Counted from the first letter of the stretch, positions 25,245-38,530 are shown. The stretch is DNA of 64,000 bases from Torpedo marmorata (GCA_977017645.1 OZ360249.1:6510001-6574000); one strand, 5' to 3'. Made by a program: numbers and translations. Notes: a model not told the origin generated them from the letters alone.

Positions 25245-26035
25245 AGACTTGCATTTATATAGCACCTTTCCTGACCACTGGACATCCCACAATGCTTTGC
25301 AGCCAGTGAAACATATCTAAAGTCAAGTTATTGTTGCAATATAGGAATCGTGGTGGACAATTTTCACACAGCAATTTCCCATCAACTATACCGTAATGAA
25401 GGGAGAATATTTGTTTTTAGTGAAGCTTATACTGGCCAGGATATGTCTGAACCAAGAGGGGAGGCATGGTTAGCGTAGCGGTTAGCGCAAAGCTGTTACA
25501 GCGCCAGCGACCGAGGTTCGAATCCAACGCTGCCTGTAAGGAATTTGTACGTTCTCCCGTCTGCGTGGGTTTCCTCCGGGTGCTCTGATTTCCTCCCACC
25601 ATTCAAAAACGTACCGGGGTTGTAGGTCAATTGGGTGTAATTGGGCGGCAATATTTTTAAAAAGAACAAGCTCTAAACACTTAGCAGGCAGGAAGCATCT
25701 GTTGAAAGAAAAGCATTCAATAGTTCAGATCCAGGACCCTTCGTCAGAACTCTGATCAAGGTTTCAGACTGGAATGCTAACCGTTTCTCTTTCACACAGA
25801 TACTATCTGACCTGCTGAGTGTGACACCATTTTCTGTTTTTATTTCAGATTCACTGCATCTGCAGTTCTTTTGGTTTTCATTGGTGATCCGTTCCCTTCT
25901 CTTCTTTGAAATTGCATCTTGGTATTTTTTTTGTGCCCACTAGAGAAAGCAGACACATCTCTAATTTTGCACCCTAAACGTGGCACCTCTAACATTGCAG
26001 AGGATCCTCATTACTGCACTGGAGGGTCAGCCAAT
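25245..26035 (-). mobile_element. Deu-domain SINE relic interrupted by a fold-back PLE terminus (~25660-25880) and a V-SINE
   Basis: Tail gacttgcatttatatagcacctttc...acatcccacaatgcttt; 5' part at 25890-26035 'ggcacctctaacattgcag...tactgcactggagggtcagcc'. Confidence 0.6.
25458..25650 (+). mobile_element. V-SINE, 3'-truncated
   Basis: Consensus match. Confidence 0.85.
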
Positions 26036-26184
26036 TTTCACACAGCAATTTCCCATGAAATATACTGTAAAGAAGGGAGATTATTTGTTTTTAGTGAAGC
26101 TTACACTGGCCAGAATATTGGGGATATGTCTGAAACTAAAACAAGCTGTAAACACTCAGCAGATCAGGCAGCATCGTCTAATTG

Positions 26185-26428
26185 TTTTAAACATTTCGAC
26201 ATACAGCACGGTAACAGCCCCTTTCAGCCCTCGAACCCGTGCCAACCAAATGCACCCAATTGACCTACAACCCCCATACGTTTTGAAGGGTGGGAGGAAA
26301 CTGGAGCACCCGGAGGAAACCCACGTGGACACGGGGAGAACGTACAAACTTCTTGCAGACAGCGCCGGATTCGAACCCCAGTAACTGGCGCTGTAACAGC
26401 GTGGCGCTAACCGCTACGCTAACTGTGC
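26185..26428 (-). mobile_element. V-SINE (HE1-like)
   Basis: Consensus match. Confidence 0.9.
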
Positions 26429-26777
26429 TGTGTGTGAAAGAGAAACTGTTAGCATTTCAGTCTGAGACCTTGATCAATAGTTCAGGTCCAGGAGCCTTGG
26501 TCAGAACTTTGATCCATGTCTTAGCCTGGCTGTTTGTGCTGAAGACATTAGAGTGAGACTTTAACCCCAGCCTGTGGAACAACAGACTCAAAAGTTCAGC
26601 CTCTTTGCCTTCTCTCTGTATGCCTCCATCTTTCTACTCATGAGGTGAAACTAGTGCTTCTGTCAAACGAAATAATAGGATAGGAATGTGCATTTGATTG
26701 CTAATATTTAAGCATCATGGCTTCCTTATATTACACTCGTCTCCATATCTTTTTCCACTGACTTTGGTAAAAGTGAA

Positions 26778-26945
26778 GTGAAACATGAAAGTCTGCAGAT
26801 GCTGTGATTGTAGTAAAAACACAGAAATGCTGGAGGAACTCAGACGGTCTTGCAGCGTGCATAAGAGGTAAAGATATATTACCGATGTTTCTGACCTGAC
26901 CCTTCTTCCAGGCACAAGCAAAAAGCAGACAGGCAGGCGCCTGAA
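26778..26945 (-). mobile_element. Solo PLE pseudo-LTR terminus
   Basis: Matches 35605-35770 and 43016-43160; decayed hammerhead at ~26878-26915. Confidence 0.8.
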
Positions 26946-29384
26946 AGTAAACTTCAGGTAGCAACACAACATGCAGCCTTTTTGTGTTCATAAATTTCCT
27001 TCCCATTACTTTAAAAAGTAAACCTCATGGGATATTAGGAAAATAAAGTACTTAGGATTTACCTGAGGATAGCTCTGATTTATTTAAAATGTTGAGACCA
27101 AGTGAGGTAGTCTACATTTCAAATTTTATTTTGTTAATTTATACCATTTCTTTTTACCTCGTGTTTAAAAAAATCACCATATCCAACTGACCCACTTTTC
27201 AGTGAGTTCTGAGATTCATACATTACCCAGTTTGGTTGCAGAAAGTCAGTGTGTGAAGCACAGGCATTTAAGTACAATGGATTGTCTTTGCCCCTGTCTT
27301 CAACCAGGATCCATTCATGTAAGGATCATTGTGTAATTAACAGGAGTTTAAATCCTTATGGAGGCCGAGCCTGTCTTTAGCCTGTGCTTCAGTACCATGT
27401 CAGGCAGTACCCATGTCCATTGAGCTATGACAGGGGAGGGGTGAAGGGGAAATGTCTGCTGAACCATATTAGGAAGGACAGCCAAAAAGCACCTGAAGAT
27501 ATCTCAAGGCAAGTTTTAGAAGAGGAAAAGGAGCAGGAGAGGTGGGGGATTGAGAGAGAGGTTTCCGTGCTCAAGGCCTGGATACCCGAAGATATAAACA
27601 AACAAACTAGTGTGTGGGTACAGCAAGGGTCTTGGCTCAGAATTGTTTGGTGAAGGTGGTGGGTAGATGTTCTTGGTCAGGATGAGCGAGATCAAGAAGG
27701 ATTTTAAACATTAGGTTGCGAAATTTAAATTACAAATGCTGGGTACAGGAAACTTAACATTGTTCAGACAAGTCAGGGCTAAGTGTGAGTAGAATAGGAT
27801 CAAGACTGTAGACCGAGGTGAGTTGAAATTGATGAAGGGTGAGGAATTGGTCAGACAAGCATAGAATCTGGAGATGGCAAACTTCTGGATGAGAGTTTCT
27901 GCCAAGGATGGCCCAAGGTAGGAACAGAGGCCATTATTGTATGATATGAGGTTAGGCCGTCTTTGTAATAGAAAGAGTGTGCAAAGGAAATTCTGTTCAA
28001 GACTGGTGAAGACATTTGCACAGCCTGGATTGTGAGTGTTCACTGCAGCACAATACTTGGGGGCAGCTATTGCCTGTGGAATGATAACCCAGAGATTTTA
28101 AGGTGAGGCTAAAGGGCCTCAAGATTTTTATGCTGGAAGGTACATTACAGAGTGTGAACAATTGAAGGTGTTGATGCCTCTTACTTTGCAAATCTTTTGG
28201 CAAAATGAAAAAAAAAAAAAGTTTACAGAAAAATGTGTATGAAGTTGATGATGAATTCAAAATGAAAAGGGAATCATTAATACACGATCTGTATCCAAGG
28301 AGAGCATATGTCGGTTATGTAGGATTGTCCCTATCAAAAGAAAGTGATGCTTTAGTGTTAGAGAGACTGGTGGACGGGTTAATGGTGTGCTCTGCACAAG
28401 AATGGATCTGACAATGCATCACCAAATATTGGGGAAGATCTTCACCATACGAAAATGTAAATCTGGTGAATCTTGAGTTTTATTTCAGTTGACTTCAATG
28501 GCAAAATTGGATTAGGATAAGCTGCCAACTTTTAATGTAACAAAAGCAAACATAAATGTGCTACCAACACTGTCCTGATAGAATTAATTTGAAGGACAAA
28601 ATGGACAATTAAGCAAAAGAAATGTCATTTCTTCTTCCCAAGGAGATTGGGCTGCTTCCTCATGATCTCATTCAAATATTTCATTGTTTATGCACAAGGC
28701 TATTTTACTGTGAGATGGATCAAAACTGAACGTCACTGAAGGTCTGCAGAAATCTTCTTTCCAGCAAAGCCTTAGATAACGATCAGGAGAAGAAATGCTG
28801 TTTGATTTTATTATTGCAACAGTTCTTCCCACAATTCCCGATGACGTTCAAGGTTGCAGTTACTGTTTCTCATACTGCCCTCAGCAAGACAGTTAGCAGA
28901 GCACTGACTCGACTTGTGCCAAGATTCTCAGGTCTGTCTGGTGTAGAAGTTGGATAAACTGATTTAGCCATTGGTGAGTGTCACAGCTTAATCTTTCTAT
29001 GAACTGAGAGCTACAAATTAAAGGTTTCAGGTGGAGGTTGAAAAACTGATAGATTTTTGCACATTTTCTTTGCCTTTTTATGGTTCTCTCTCCCAAAACA
29101 AGAAGCTCATCAAAAAGGCATCCAACCATCCAAAAATCAAACTTCTCTTCAATTAATTTTGCAACAAGACATGTAAAGAAAGCTATTTTTGGGAACAACA
29201 AGAAATGATAATTTAACGAAATGGCCCCAATAAGTTAGATGTTCATTGTTGCCTGACTCCGTTTTTTGGGCTGTTGGGTTGTGCACATTTGGTAAACTTT
29301 ATCAAGAAAAAAATCTTTTTCTATGAACTGTTCCAAGTTTACTTCTTCATGTTACAATAAGCAAGTAAGCCATATAGGGGTTGC

Positions 29385-29515
29385 GAGTTCGTTCCTCTGT
29401 GAGGGGCGCTGGACAAAGTAGCGACTCTCTGTCTGCCTTACGGTGGACGAAGTTAAAGAATTTCATGTATGTTACATTCTAAATGTAGTATTACGTGACA
29501 ATAATGGAACCTTTA
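29385..29515 (+). mobile_element. 3' end of a diverged relative of the GC-rich non-autonomous element
   Basis: ctgtgaggggcgc...gcgactctctgtctgccttacgg...aatttcatgta...gtgacaataa, collinear with 33620-33730 and 55865-55975. Confidence 0.6.
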
Positions 29516-30427
29516 AGAGGAAGATGTTAAACTAAAGAGAAAACCTACTCTGACATCAGCAGAAAATTCAATGTGAAACTAATCAGTTGCACAAGCACCT
29601 GGAAGAGGAAGCAGACAGGTTTAGAGAATCCTTGGTCATAATTAATTAAGAAAACTGAGATGAAACCTTTATAGAATTGAGCAAAACTGGCACTAGGACA
29701 GTTAATTGATGAGAGTTCAGTTGTTCAGCTGTAGGAAGGCAGTCGTTCACCAGCAAACTAGCATTGGACAGTTAAATTACACATCCTGTGAAGAAAAATA
29801 ATCGTATTCTTCCTCCCTGTGTGCTGCTTGTATTCAGGTTTTGTTGCAGCCTAAGTCAGTTAAATTCAATGCTCATTAGACAGTAAAAAGTCCTATGTCT
29901 ATCTTTTTTTGACCACTTGGCTTTCAAATGTAACTGGACAATAAAACAGCACAACAGTTTTTAATAGACAGTGACTCTCCAGTCTCTAAAGCCATCTTAA
30001 ATAAATGTTGATCTTTCACCATGCAATAAACAGGATAAGAACAAAAAGCACAAACAATCTTTGAAGAGGGGGACCATGCAGCTGTAGCAATTGTGTTAGT
30101 AAACAGTTTATTGTACCCAGATCATTATCCCACCCCTTCCCTTCTTCTCATTCTGACAATGGCTGCATTGTGCTGGGACCCTCATTCGTAGTCTGGAGAG
30201 GCAGCTTTGGCATTGTCAAGAGGAGCTGGGAAACGGCTGTGACCACGGCTGAGGTCGAATACAAACAGATGCCCATCAGTGACAAAGGCACTGAGTGTTG
30301 GCACAGACAAGGGCTTCCTTGTTCCTTGGTGAAGCTATCTTGAGGTCTGTCTGTGTGTATGCGCCTGTGTTAATTACTTTTGCGATGCTAGTTTATATGT
30401 GTACATGTGAGACTGATTGAGTATTTG

Positions 30428-30702
30428 NNNNNNNNNNNNNNNNNNNNNNNNNNNNNNNNNNNNNNNNNNNNNNNNNNNNNNNNNNNNNNNNNNNNNNNNN
30501 NNNNNNNNNNNNNNNNNNNNNNNNNNNNNNNNNNNNNNNNNNNNNNNNNNNNNNNNNNNNNNNNNNNNNNNNNNNNNNNNNNNNNNNNNNNNNNNNNNNN
30601 NNNNNNNNNNNNNNNNNNNNNNNNNNNNNNNNNNNNNNNNNNNNNNNNNNNNNNNNNNNNNNNNNNNNNNNNNNNNNNNNNNNNNNNNNNNNNNNNNNNN
30701 NN
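30428..30702. other. Assembly gap (275 N)
   Basis: Run of N. Confidence 0.99.
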
Positions 30703-33009
30703 GTGTCCGTTTCTGTCTATCTGTCCTCTTGTCTGTTTCTGTGTGTGATTTCTCTGCCTGCTTGTTCCTCCATTGTTGCCTTTCCCCTTACCTACTTCTG
30801 TCTTAAGCATCAATATATAATAATACACTTGGATATTAACTATTCCAGCAATGAGCATCACATTTGTGAAATCTTCACATTTTCCTTTGTAACTTTTTAC
30901 CCTAGGTATTGTTACATGGTGTTTTATCGTTTCATGATTTGCGTTGATATTTAAATTTGAAAACACCATTAACAAAGGAAGTATTGGCTGCTTCTCTGTA
31001 CACTTCTTTTGAAATGCTAAAAATGAAAATTCTATAAAAGTTCTTTTGTGAAATGTAACAGTATAATTTATAAAGTAGTCACAGAAAGCAGGTCTATAAG
31101 CAAACAAGATGGATGTAGAAAGGGAATGTGTGAGAAAAAGGGATAGAATTTCCATTTATACACCCAGTAATAAATTTAATGGCCTTTCTGAATTTATGGC
31201 TTGTTTGATTCCAAATGCAGAAAGGAACAAAGCAAATTAATTTATTACAACGACAGCTTAGAGTTAAGAAAGACTCTCCCACGTCCCATATGGCAGTTTA
31301 GAGCCAGTTCTGCAGCAAATATATTCCAGACAGGCATCCAAGCCCCGTGTATGCACTAATCTGCTACCTTTTATATCCTGAGATTCAGATGGGCACAACA
31401 CAACTGGCATCCATGTATGACAGAGAGATTATATTTCCCCTCTTCAGCAGTCTTATGTGTTTCAATGTAGCAGCATCGTTGTTTTTGATGAACATATTTG
31501 AAATATAAAAAGTTGTTTCTGCAGCTGAGTAATTTTGTTATGGAGCCAGGAGCCTAGATTCTGTCCGTAGTCAGCCCTAGATCTGTTGGGGCAGCAGGAA
31601 GGTCGCTACATTTAATTTGCGTGTAGGCAGAAAAAAACATACACTATAATAGTATCTCATACATGCCTGATTTGATCAGCACAGTGGTACACCTTGAATA
31701 AAAGGAGTGAGAGAGCTGAATGAATGAATGAAAATTTATTGTCAAATACATAAGTACAGTGTTCAGATGCAATGAAAGTCTTGCTGCAGCTTCCCAACTG
31801 TATATTAGAAAGAAAGTAAAATAAAACAGCTTAGGAAATATCAAGAATGTGTTAGCCAGTGAGAAAGCCACTTGCACTTAGGTGATAAAGAGCATTACAT
31901 ACAGAGCTGATTAACCAATGATCAGAGTTGAGCAAATTGAAAGAGAGGGTTACTGAGAGTAAGAAAACAAAAAATAAATGAGTTAGAGTGAGGCAGAGGG
32001 AAGAAAAATAAAAAATCTATTAAAAACAGAGCATAAATGGAAGGAATAGTAGGAAAGATTCACAGGGAATGAGCTGAAAGGAGAGTGAGTGTGAAAGTGA
32101 CAAGGAGATGATTGACAATAGTGTGGTGCAGACCATCACTATATTTAAACAGTCAAGCTGTGATTAGCAAAAGGTTGTGCAAGTAACAAAACAAGCTTGA
32201 TTTATTCTTGCTGCCACAGCCTAGTGCCATGACGGGATAATTTCCAAAAGGCTCCCATTCTACAATCTTTGTCCCTGATGTGATGGAGACTGAACTTGTG
32301 CTTTCTGCGGCAGGAGCTATGCCGGCCGCAGGGAAAAAATCAAGTGCAGGGCCTCTATCAAGCAGACAGACAGTACTGGCATCAGATTGACAGCACATAT
32401 GTCAAACAGAGGGAGAAATGATAAACTGGGAGCCAGCCTGTGCAGACTGGCTGCAGAATCTATTTCTGAGACATGCACATTTTGCATTTTCATTTTTAAC
32501 ATAATGATCAGTTGGTGAGATTACTGGGTTTTTAATGCCTATTATCTCTCTGCAGACATACATGTTCAACTGCACACTTTCACTAAATATCTTTCTGCTA
32601 TTTCTATTATAGTTCTTCTGGTCTAAGAATGACCTATGGGGCACTCTTTCCATACTCCTCCTCTTGACTCTCATCAAAATGGTAGGGCAAGTAGAAAAGG
32701 CCATTTAAACGTAAAGAGAAGTCTTGGGTTTATAGCTGGAGGCAGGAAAGTGAATTCAACAAACGCAAAGATTGCAGTCAGAGTATTGTGTATAGTTTTG
32801 GACAATATAGGCTGTAAGATGTTCTTTAAAAATTGCCTCTTTGACCAAGCTTTTAAATCACACATTCCAATATCTGGTTCCTTCGCTCGGTTTCAGTTTT
32901 TGTCTGATTGAACTTTCATGATGCCCCTTGGGATGATTTACAGTGTTCAAGGCTCCAGATAAATGTAAGTTGTTGTGGATGAACTGGTTAAGTTCATGAA
33001 CAATTCACT

Positions 33010-33390
33010 GTAAACAGAGAAGGTTAAGGAGAGATTTGCCAGTGGTGCTCAACAACATGATGAGATACGACAGGAAAAAATGGGAGAAACTACTTGCAGT
33101 GGCAGAAGAATGGCATCCAGGGTACACAGAACTAAGGTAGTAGGTGACAGATCTCAAGGGAACATAACGATAAAGTGTTTAAGCAGGAAGTTGTTGTTAA
33201 CTGGAATGCATTGTTTGAAAGGGAAGTGGAAGCAGATTCATTAAATTTTTGGATGGAAAATTACATGAGTACTAGAAGAGCATTACATCCCAGTATAAGG
33301 AGTTGCATTTTGGGACAGTTGAAGTTTTCTCTCTCAGCATTGGCACAAACACAATAGGTTGAAGAGCCTCTTTCTTTATCATTCTTTATT
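33010..33390 (+). mobile_element. Decayed CR1 3' fragment
   Basis: 'agagaaggttaaggagagattt', 'ctggaatgcattgtttgaaagggaagtggaagcagattca', tail 'ggcacaaacacaataggttgaagagcctc'. Confidence 0.55.
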
Positions 33391-33554
33391 ACCTGGCATG
33401 ATCAGCTCCAATTACACAGAATTAGGTGAAATGTTCAATTAAATAGGATACTCAGTCTGAATGGTTCATACTCCCAATATTCACATACCCTCTCATAGTA
33501 TGTTATGTTCCTTCGAACCCCCCACCCCGCCTCACGTAACTTCCTCTTTAAAAT

Positions 33555-33748
33555 GTGGAGGCGAATCCACGGACACTCAGTGTCTCCGAAAGGGACTCTC
33601 TTTTGCTTCTCTTTCTCTCTTACTGTAAGGGGCGTCAGGCAACACTAATGGCGACTCTTTGCCTTACGGCAGGCAGGAGGCAATTTTGTGTAATATTACA
33701 TGTTATGTACAATTAGATGACAATAAAGGAATCTAGAATCTTGAATCT
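33555..33748 (+). mobile_element. Short 3' copy of the GC-rich non-autonomous element (variant subfamily)
   Basis: ggaggcgaatccacggacactc...gggactctcttttgcttctct...atgacaataaaggaatctagaatcttgaatct. Confidence 0.8.
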
Positions 33749-35185
33749 ATGTGACTTAACAGTGCAAGTGGTAGAATTTTCCAAATTCTTACCATTCTCT
33801 GAGACTTTGAAACAACTTCCATCCTATTTGAAACCTTCACTGTTTTTTGATACATTAGGTTTATTTTTAATTGTATCTGGGATTGAAAAGCAGGTTGATT
33901 GACAGAGGGTTAGGACAAGTACTGAGAGATTGTTGTCAGACTATGAAAAGAGGGAGCAATATTTAAGATGTGCAAAAAAGAAAGAATGAAAAGCTAGAAA
34001 GAATTTCTATTTGAACATGAGATTTTGTCCCACAATTGTTGAAGCAGATTCGATAAGTTATTTCAAAAGGAAACCAGAAGGTCACTTGGAAGAAGAGCTT
34101 GGAAATTGGAAAAGATATTTAATTGTACATGGAGCAAGGAAATAAACAGTTGTGAACAAGGTTGCTTTGCAAAGTAAAATGCTTCTTTGGTCTTTCTGAG
34201 AGAAATAGCCCATGTGAACTGCTCCATATAGTTTTAAATGTGTGAACCAAAGATTTATATCTGATTTTTATAAATCATTAAAAAGTGGATTTGTTTTAGA
34301 ATTCCCTTTCCTACTCCTTTTTTCCTTCCCATGAGTTTCAATTTAGCCATAATGTGTAAATTTGATAAACAAAATTTGTCAAATTATTTTTCTTTTCCTG
34401 AGCACACCATTCCCATTACTAAACAGAAGATAATAGATTATTAATGTGATATGGAAATTGCATTATAATACATTGATGGCAAGTTCTAAGTGGGTTATGT
34501 TAACTGGCCATTGGCAACAATATTTGTTACTGTAGGATTATTTCCTGGTGTTTTGGTCAGACAGGATTTTTTTTAATTAAGAGAAACAATTTTAAATATC
34601 ATTACTTTCTTTTTTTAGGTTGTTTTTCTCTTGGTTCTCCCAACCCTTGGCACTTATGCAGAAGTAGTAGAGTAACTGAAGCACAAGAGACTTTCTAGTG
34701 ACATAATCTATGCTGCTATCCTCAGATCTGCACTGCCCAAGAGACGTATTGTTCTGCCGCAAGTAGTTTTGTCATATATTAGATTCGACGAAGATTATCA
34801 AATGATACACCAGACTGATTGCTCGAGGAATGTTCAAGGTGCAGCTTTTTATCCCAACTCTACCTTAATATACTCAGCCCTTTGCTTTAGGATTTTTACA
34901 TAGTTAAAGGTGAGTTGTACACTCACCTTTCACCTCTGTGTTTTGAGTTTCAATCCAGATTGACAAGATATAAGCACTCTCTCAATGCTGTTTCTGATGG
35001 TAGATGAGTGTGTAGCAGCTTTGATGCAGTTCCTAATAAGTATGGGCTTGTACTGAAGTATAAAGAGTCAGAGATGGGGATGATTCAGAAGGAACTGAGA
35101 TTTGGAGAACGCATTTAAACCATGCTAAGAACATGAGTTGCACTGTATATCCTTCCATTCCAACAACCTTCCCTGTTCTTGCAAC

Positions 35186-35590
35186 TTTAAGATCAAGTTT
35201 AAGATTCCGTTCATTGTCATGTACACAAAATACACAAAATCTTCCTTTTGTTTGCTCTGCATAGGCACACCAAGAGGTGTTAGCAATACAGTGCCACTAT
35301 CAAGACAAGAAAGAGAAGCCAAAGAGAGTCTCTTCAGGGACCTCGAGTGACCCCAGATTCCCCCACCTCCACAGATGCCATTGCCTCCTGCAACCCTGTG
35401 ACCATCCTACCTCCAGTGATGAACCTGAGCTCAAACTATCCAGTCGCTCCTCCTCGACCCCTGAAGCATTAGGAAGCTGTCCGCGCCTAAGGTACTTTAG
35501 GAGGCCTGCAGGCCATTGGCACCCTCACCAATCTTGGGCCTGGCACCTGGTTCCCAGAAGTCAGTTGTCAGCAGCCTCTGGCCTGGTATG
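35186..35590 (-). mobile_element. Older diverged copy of the GC-rich non-autonomous element
   Basis: aagattccgttcattgtcatg...agaaagagaagccaaagagagtc, collinear with 49300-49680. Confidence 0.6.
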
Positions 35591-35604
35591 AAGCCTTTTG
35601 GTCC

Positions 35605-37140
35605 AGTGAAACACGGAAGTCTGCAGATGCTGTCATTGTAGTAAAAACACGCAGTAAATGCTGGAGGAACTCAGCCGGTCTCACAGCATCCAGATGATGT
35701 AAAGATATATTACCAACATTTCGGGCCTGAGCCCTTCTTCAAGGTAGAAGCAAAAAGCAGGCAGGCATCTCAATAAAGACTGAGAGAGAAAGGTGGAAGA
35801 ATGGGAGGGGAAGGAGTCCAGACTAACAAACAAAAGGTGTTAATTGGATATGGTAAGAGGAAAGGTGAGAATTGATTTGGGCTCTGTGAAAGGAGACAGG
35901 GGAATGGGAAAAGGGGAGTGGGAAAAGGGGAGAGGGAAAAGGGGAGAGGGAAAAGGGGAGTGGGAAAAGGGGAATGGGAAAAGGGGAATGGGAAAAGGGG
36001 AGAGGGAAAAGGGGAGAGGGAAAAGGGGAGAGGGAAAAGGGGAGAGGGAAAAGGGGAGAGGGAAAAGGGGAGAGGGAAAAGGGGAGAGGGAAAAGGGGAG
36101 AGGGAAAAGGGGAGAGGGAAAAGGGGAGTGGGAAAAGGGGAGAGGGAAAAGGGGAGAGGGAAAAGGGGAGAGGGAAAAGGGGAGAGGGAAAAGGGGAGAG
36201 GGAAAAGGGGAATGGGAAAAGGGGAGTGGGAAAAGGGGAGTGGGAAAAGGGGAGAGGGAAAAGGGGAGTGGGAAAAGGGGAGAGGGAAAAGGGGAGAGGG
36301 AAAAGGGGAGAGGGAAAAGGGGAGTGGGAAAAGGGGAGTGGGAAAAGGGGAGAGGGAAAAGGGGAGTGGGAAAAGGGGAGTGGGAAAAGGGGAGAGGGAA
36401 AAGGGGAGAGGGAAAAGGGGAGTGGGAAAAGGGGAGTGGGAAAAGGGGAGAGGGAAAAGGGGAGAGGGAAAAGGGGAGAGGGAAAAGGGGAGAGGGAAAA
36501 GGGGAGAGGGAAAAGGGGAGAGGGAAAAGGGGAGAGGGAAAAGGGGAGTGGGAAAAGGGGAGAGGGAAAAGGGGAGTGGGAAAAGGGGAGAGGGAAAAGG
36601 GGAGTGGGAAAAGGGGAGTGGGAAAAGGGGAGAGGGAAAAGGGGAGAGGGAAAAGGGGAGAGGGAAAAGGGGAGTGGGAAAAGGGGAGTGGGGAAAGGGG
36701 AGTGGGGAAAGGGGAGTGGGGAAAGGGGAGAGGGAAAAGGGGAGAGGGAAAAGGGGAGAGGGAAAAGGGGAGAGGGAGAGAAAAATAGAGAGAGAGAAAT
36801 AGAGAGAGAGAAATAGAGAGAGAGAGAAATAGAGGAAAGGAGACAGGGGGATGAAGATGGAGGTGGGTGGGGGGGGGGTGTTAATGGAAACCGGAGAAGT
36901 CAATTAATGCCATCCGGTTGGAGGATGCCCAGACGGAAAATTAGGTGTTGTTCCTCCAATTTGCGGGTGGTCTCAGTCTGGCAGTGCATGAAATCATGGA
37001 CAGTCATGTCAGCAGGGGAATGGGACGGGGAATTGAAATGGGTGGCCACTGGGAAATCCACGCTATTGCGGTGGGAAGAGCCGAGGTGCTCAACAAAGCG
37101 ATCTCCCAGTCTGTGCCAGTCTCTCCAATATAGAGGAGAG
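35605..37140 (-). mobile_element. PLE 3' fragment (GIY-YIG C-terminus plus pseudo-LTR) containing an expanded minisatellite
   Basis: RLGDRFVEHLGS...VATHFNSPSHS...RKLEEQHLIFRLGILQPDGIN; hammerhead at 35709-35747. Confidence 0.9.
35900..36775. repeat. 14-bp purine minisatellite (GGGAAAAGGGGAG[A/T])n, about 60 units, followed by (AGAGAGAGAAAT)n
   Basis: Directly visible tandem array. Confidence 0.97.
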
Positions 37141-37708
37141 TCTTCTGGTCTAAGTCCTGAGCTGGAGCGTGGTCTTCTGCTGTGATTTCCTACCCAGTAG
37201 GATCCTGTTGAAGGCTCCTCCTTCTTGGTGATGGTGGTGGGAGGGGGGCGGGGGGAGGTGTAAGGAGTTCTCCTGCTCCAGGTACCTTGATCCAATCTGA
37301 TGCTTCATTAGCGCCCACAGTCCTTAAAGTCTGAACTGCTGAGCTTAATAATATTTTGGATGCAACATGGAAAAATAGTTACACTAGTGCAGGAAGCATT
37401 TTTTGATACTTGTCATTGAAACAAACTACTCAGCAGGTTGGCAAAATCAGTGAGCTTAGTTTGTGTTGAAAGGAAGGGAGTGGCATTCGTTAACACTGTG
37501 CCCTATGAAAATCTTGGGAAAAGGAGGTGAACAATTGAAGTTCCAGGTTTGGAAACCTCTTATCATTTGTGAACCCTTTACTCATCTGTTGTTTTAGAAA
37601 ATTTGTGCAAGAGATGTCAGAAATTAAATTAAATGGATTACTCTTAATTCAGATTATTTTTACAAAAATAGTTAATGGCATCTGATCATTTAAACAAAGA
37701 TTACATTT

Positions 37709-38530
37709 AAAATTTATTGTCAAAGTACAGGCATGACATCACATACAACCCTGAGATTCTTTTCCTGCGGGCCAGGCAGAATTTCTATACCGGTAACTGT
37801 AAACCAGTGGTTTTCAAACTGTTCCCCTATTCTCACATTCCACCTTAAGCAATCCCTATGCCATAAGTGCTCTGTGATTTGTAAGGGATTGCTTAAGGTG
37901 GTATGTGAGTGGAAAGAAAAAGTTTGAAAACCACTGTTTTAATCGTACCTAATTGACTCGTTATGTTCACGGTTTCATAACTCCAAAGGAAATGGGCCAA
38001 TGACAATTTTTCTCAAGCAAATTATTTCAGTAACAATTGGGTCTAGACCTTTTTTTCCCACTCACATAGCATCTTAAGTAATCCCTTACTAATCACAGAG
38101 CACTTAAGGCATAGGGATTACTTAAGGTGGAATGTGAGTTTAGGGGGGCAGTTTGAAAACCACTGATGTAAACTGTACTCAATAGAAGAAAGAGCTGGAA
38201 ACAGACTGTCTGTGCAAATGCAGTTGTAGATATAAATATACAGTAATAAATAATGAGTAAAATACGAGTGCTTAAATAGTCTCTGAATGAGTCTATTGCT
38301 CAGGAGTCCAACAGTTGAGGGGTAGCAACTATTCCTGAACCTGGTGGTACGAGTTCTGTGGCACCTGTACCTCCTTCCTGATGGCAGTGGCGAGAACAGA
38401 ACATGTCTTGGGTGGTGCGAATCTTTGATAATTGATGCTGCACCCTGACGGCAATGTTCCATGTAGATATTCTCGATGGTGGGGAGAGTTTTGCCTGTGA
38501 TGTACTGGGCTGAGTCCACTACCTTTTGCA
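37709..38530 (-). mobile_element. Rex1/Babar LINE 3' fragment split by a MITE
   Basis: SAQYITGKTLPTIENIY...SIIKDSHHPRHVLFSPLPSGRRYR...RTTRFRNSCYP; 3' UTR ending tgacaataaa. Confidence 0.85.
37805..38165. mobile_element. Composite hAT MITE (opposite orientation to the 14415 copy)
   Basis: Same TIRs; TSD ctgtaaac/atgtaaac. Confidence 0.9.

Noticed and set aside
30388-31155. ORFs spanning N runs (also 39127-39471)
   Set aside because: Artefacts of assembly gaps
35770-36903. Long ORFs (280-377 aa), G/K/E/R-rich or P/F/S/L-rich
   Set aside because: Translations of the stop-free 14-bp minisatellite in several frames
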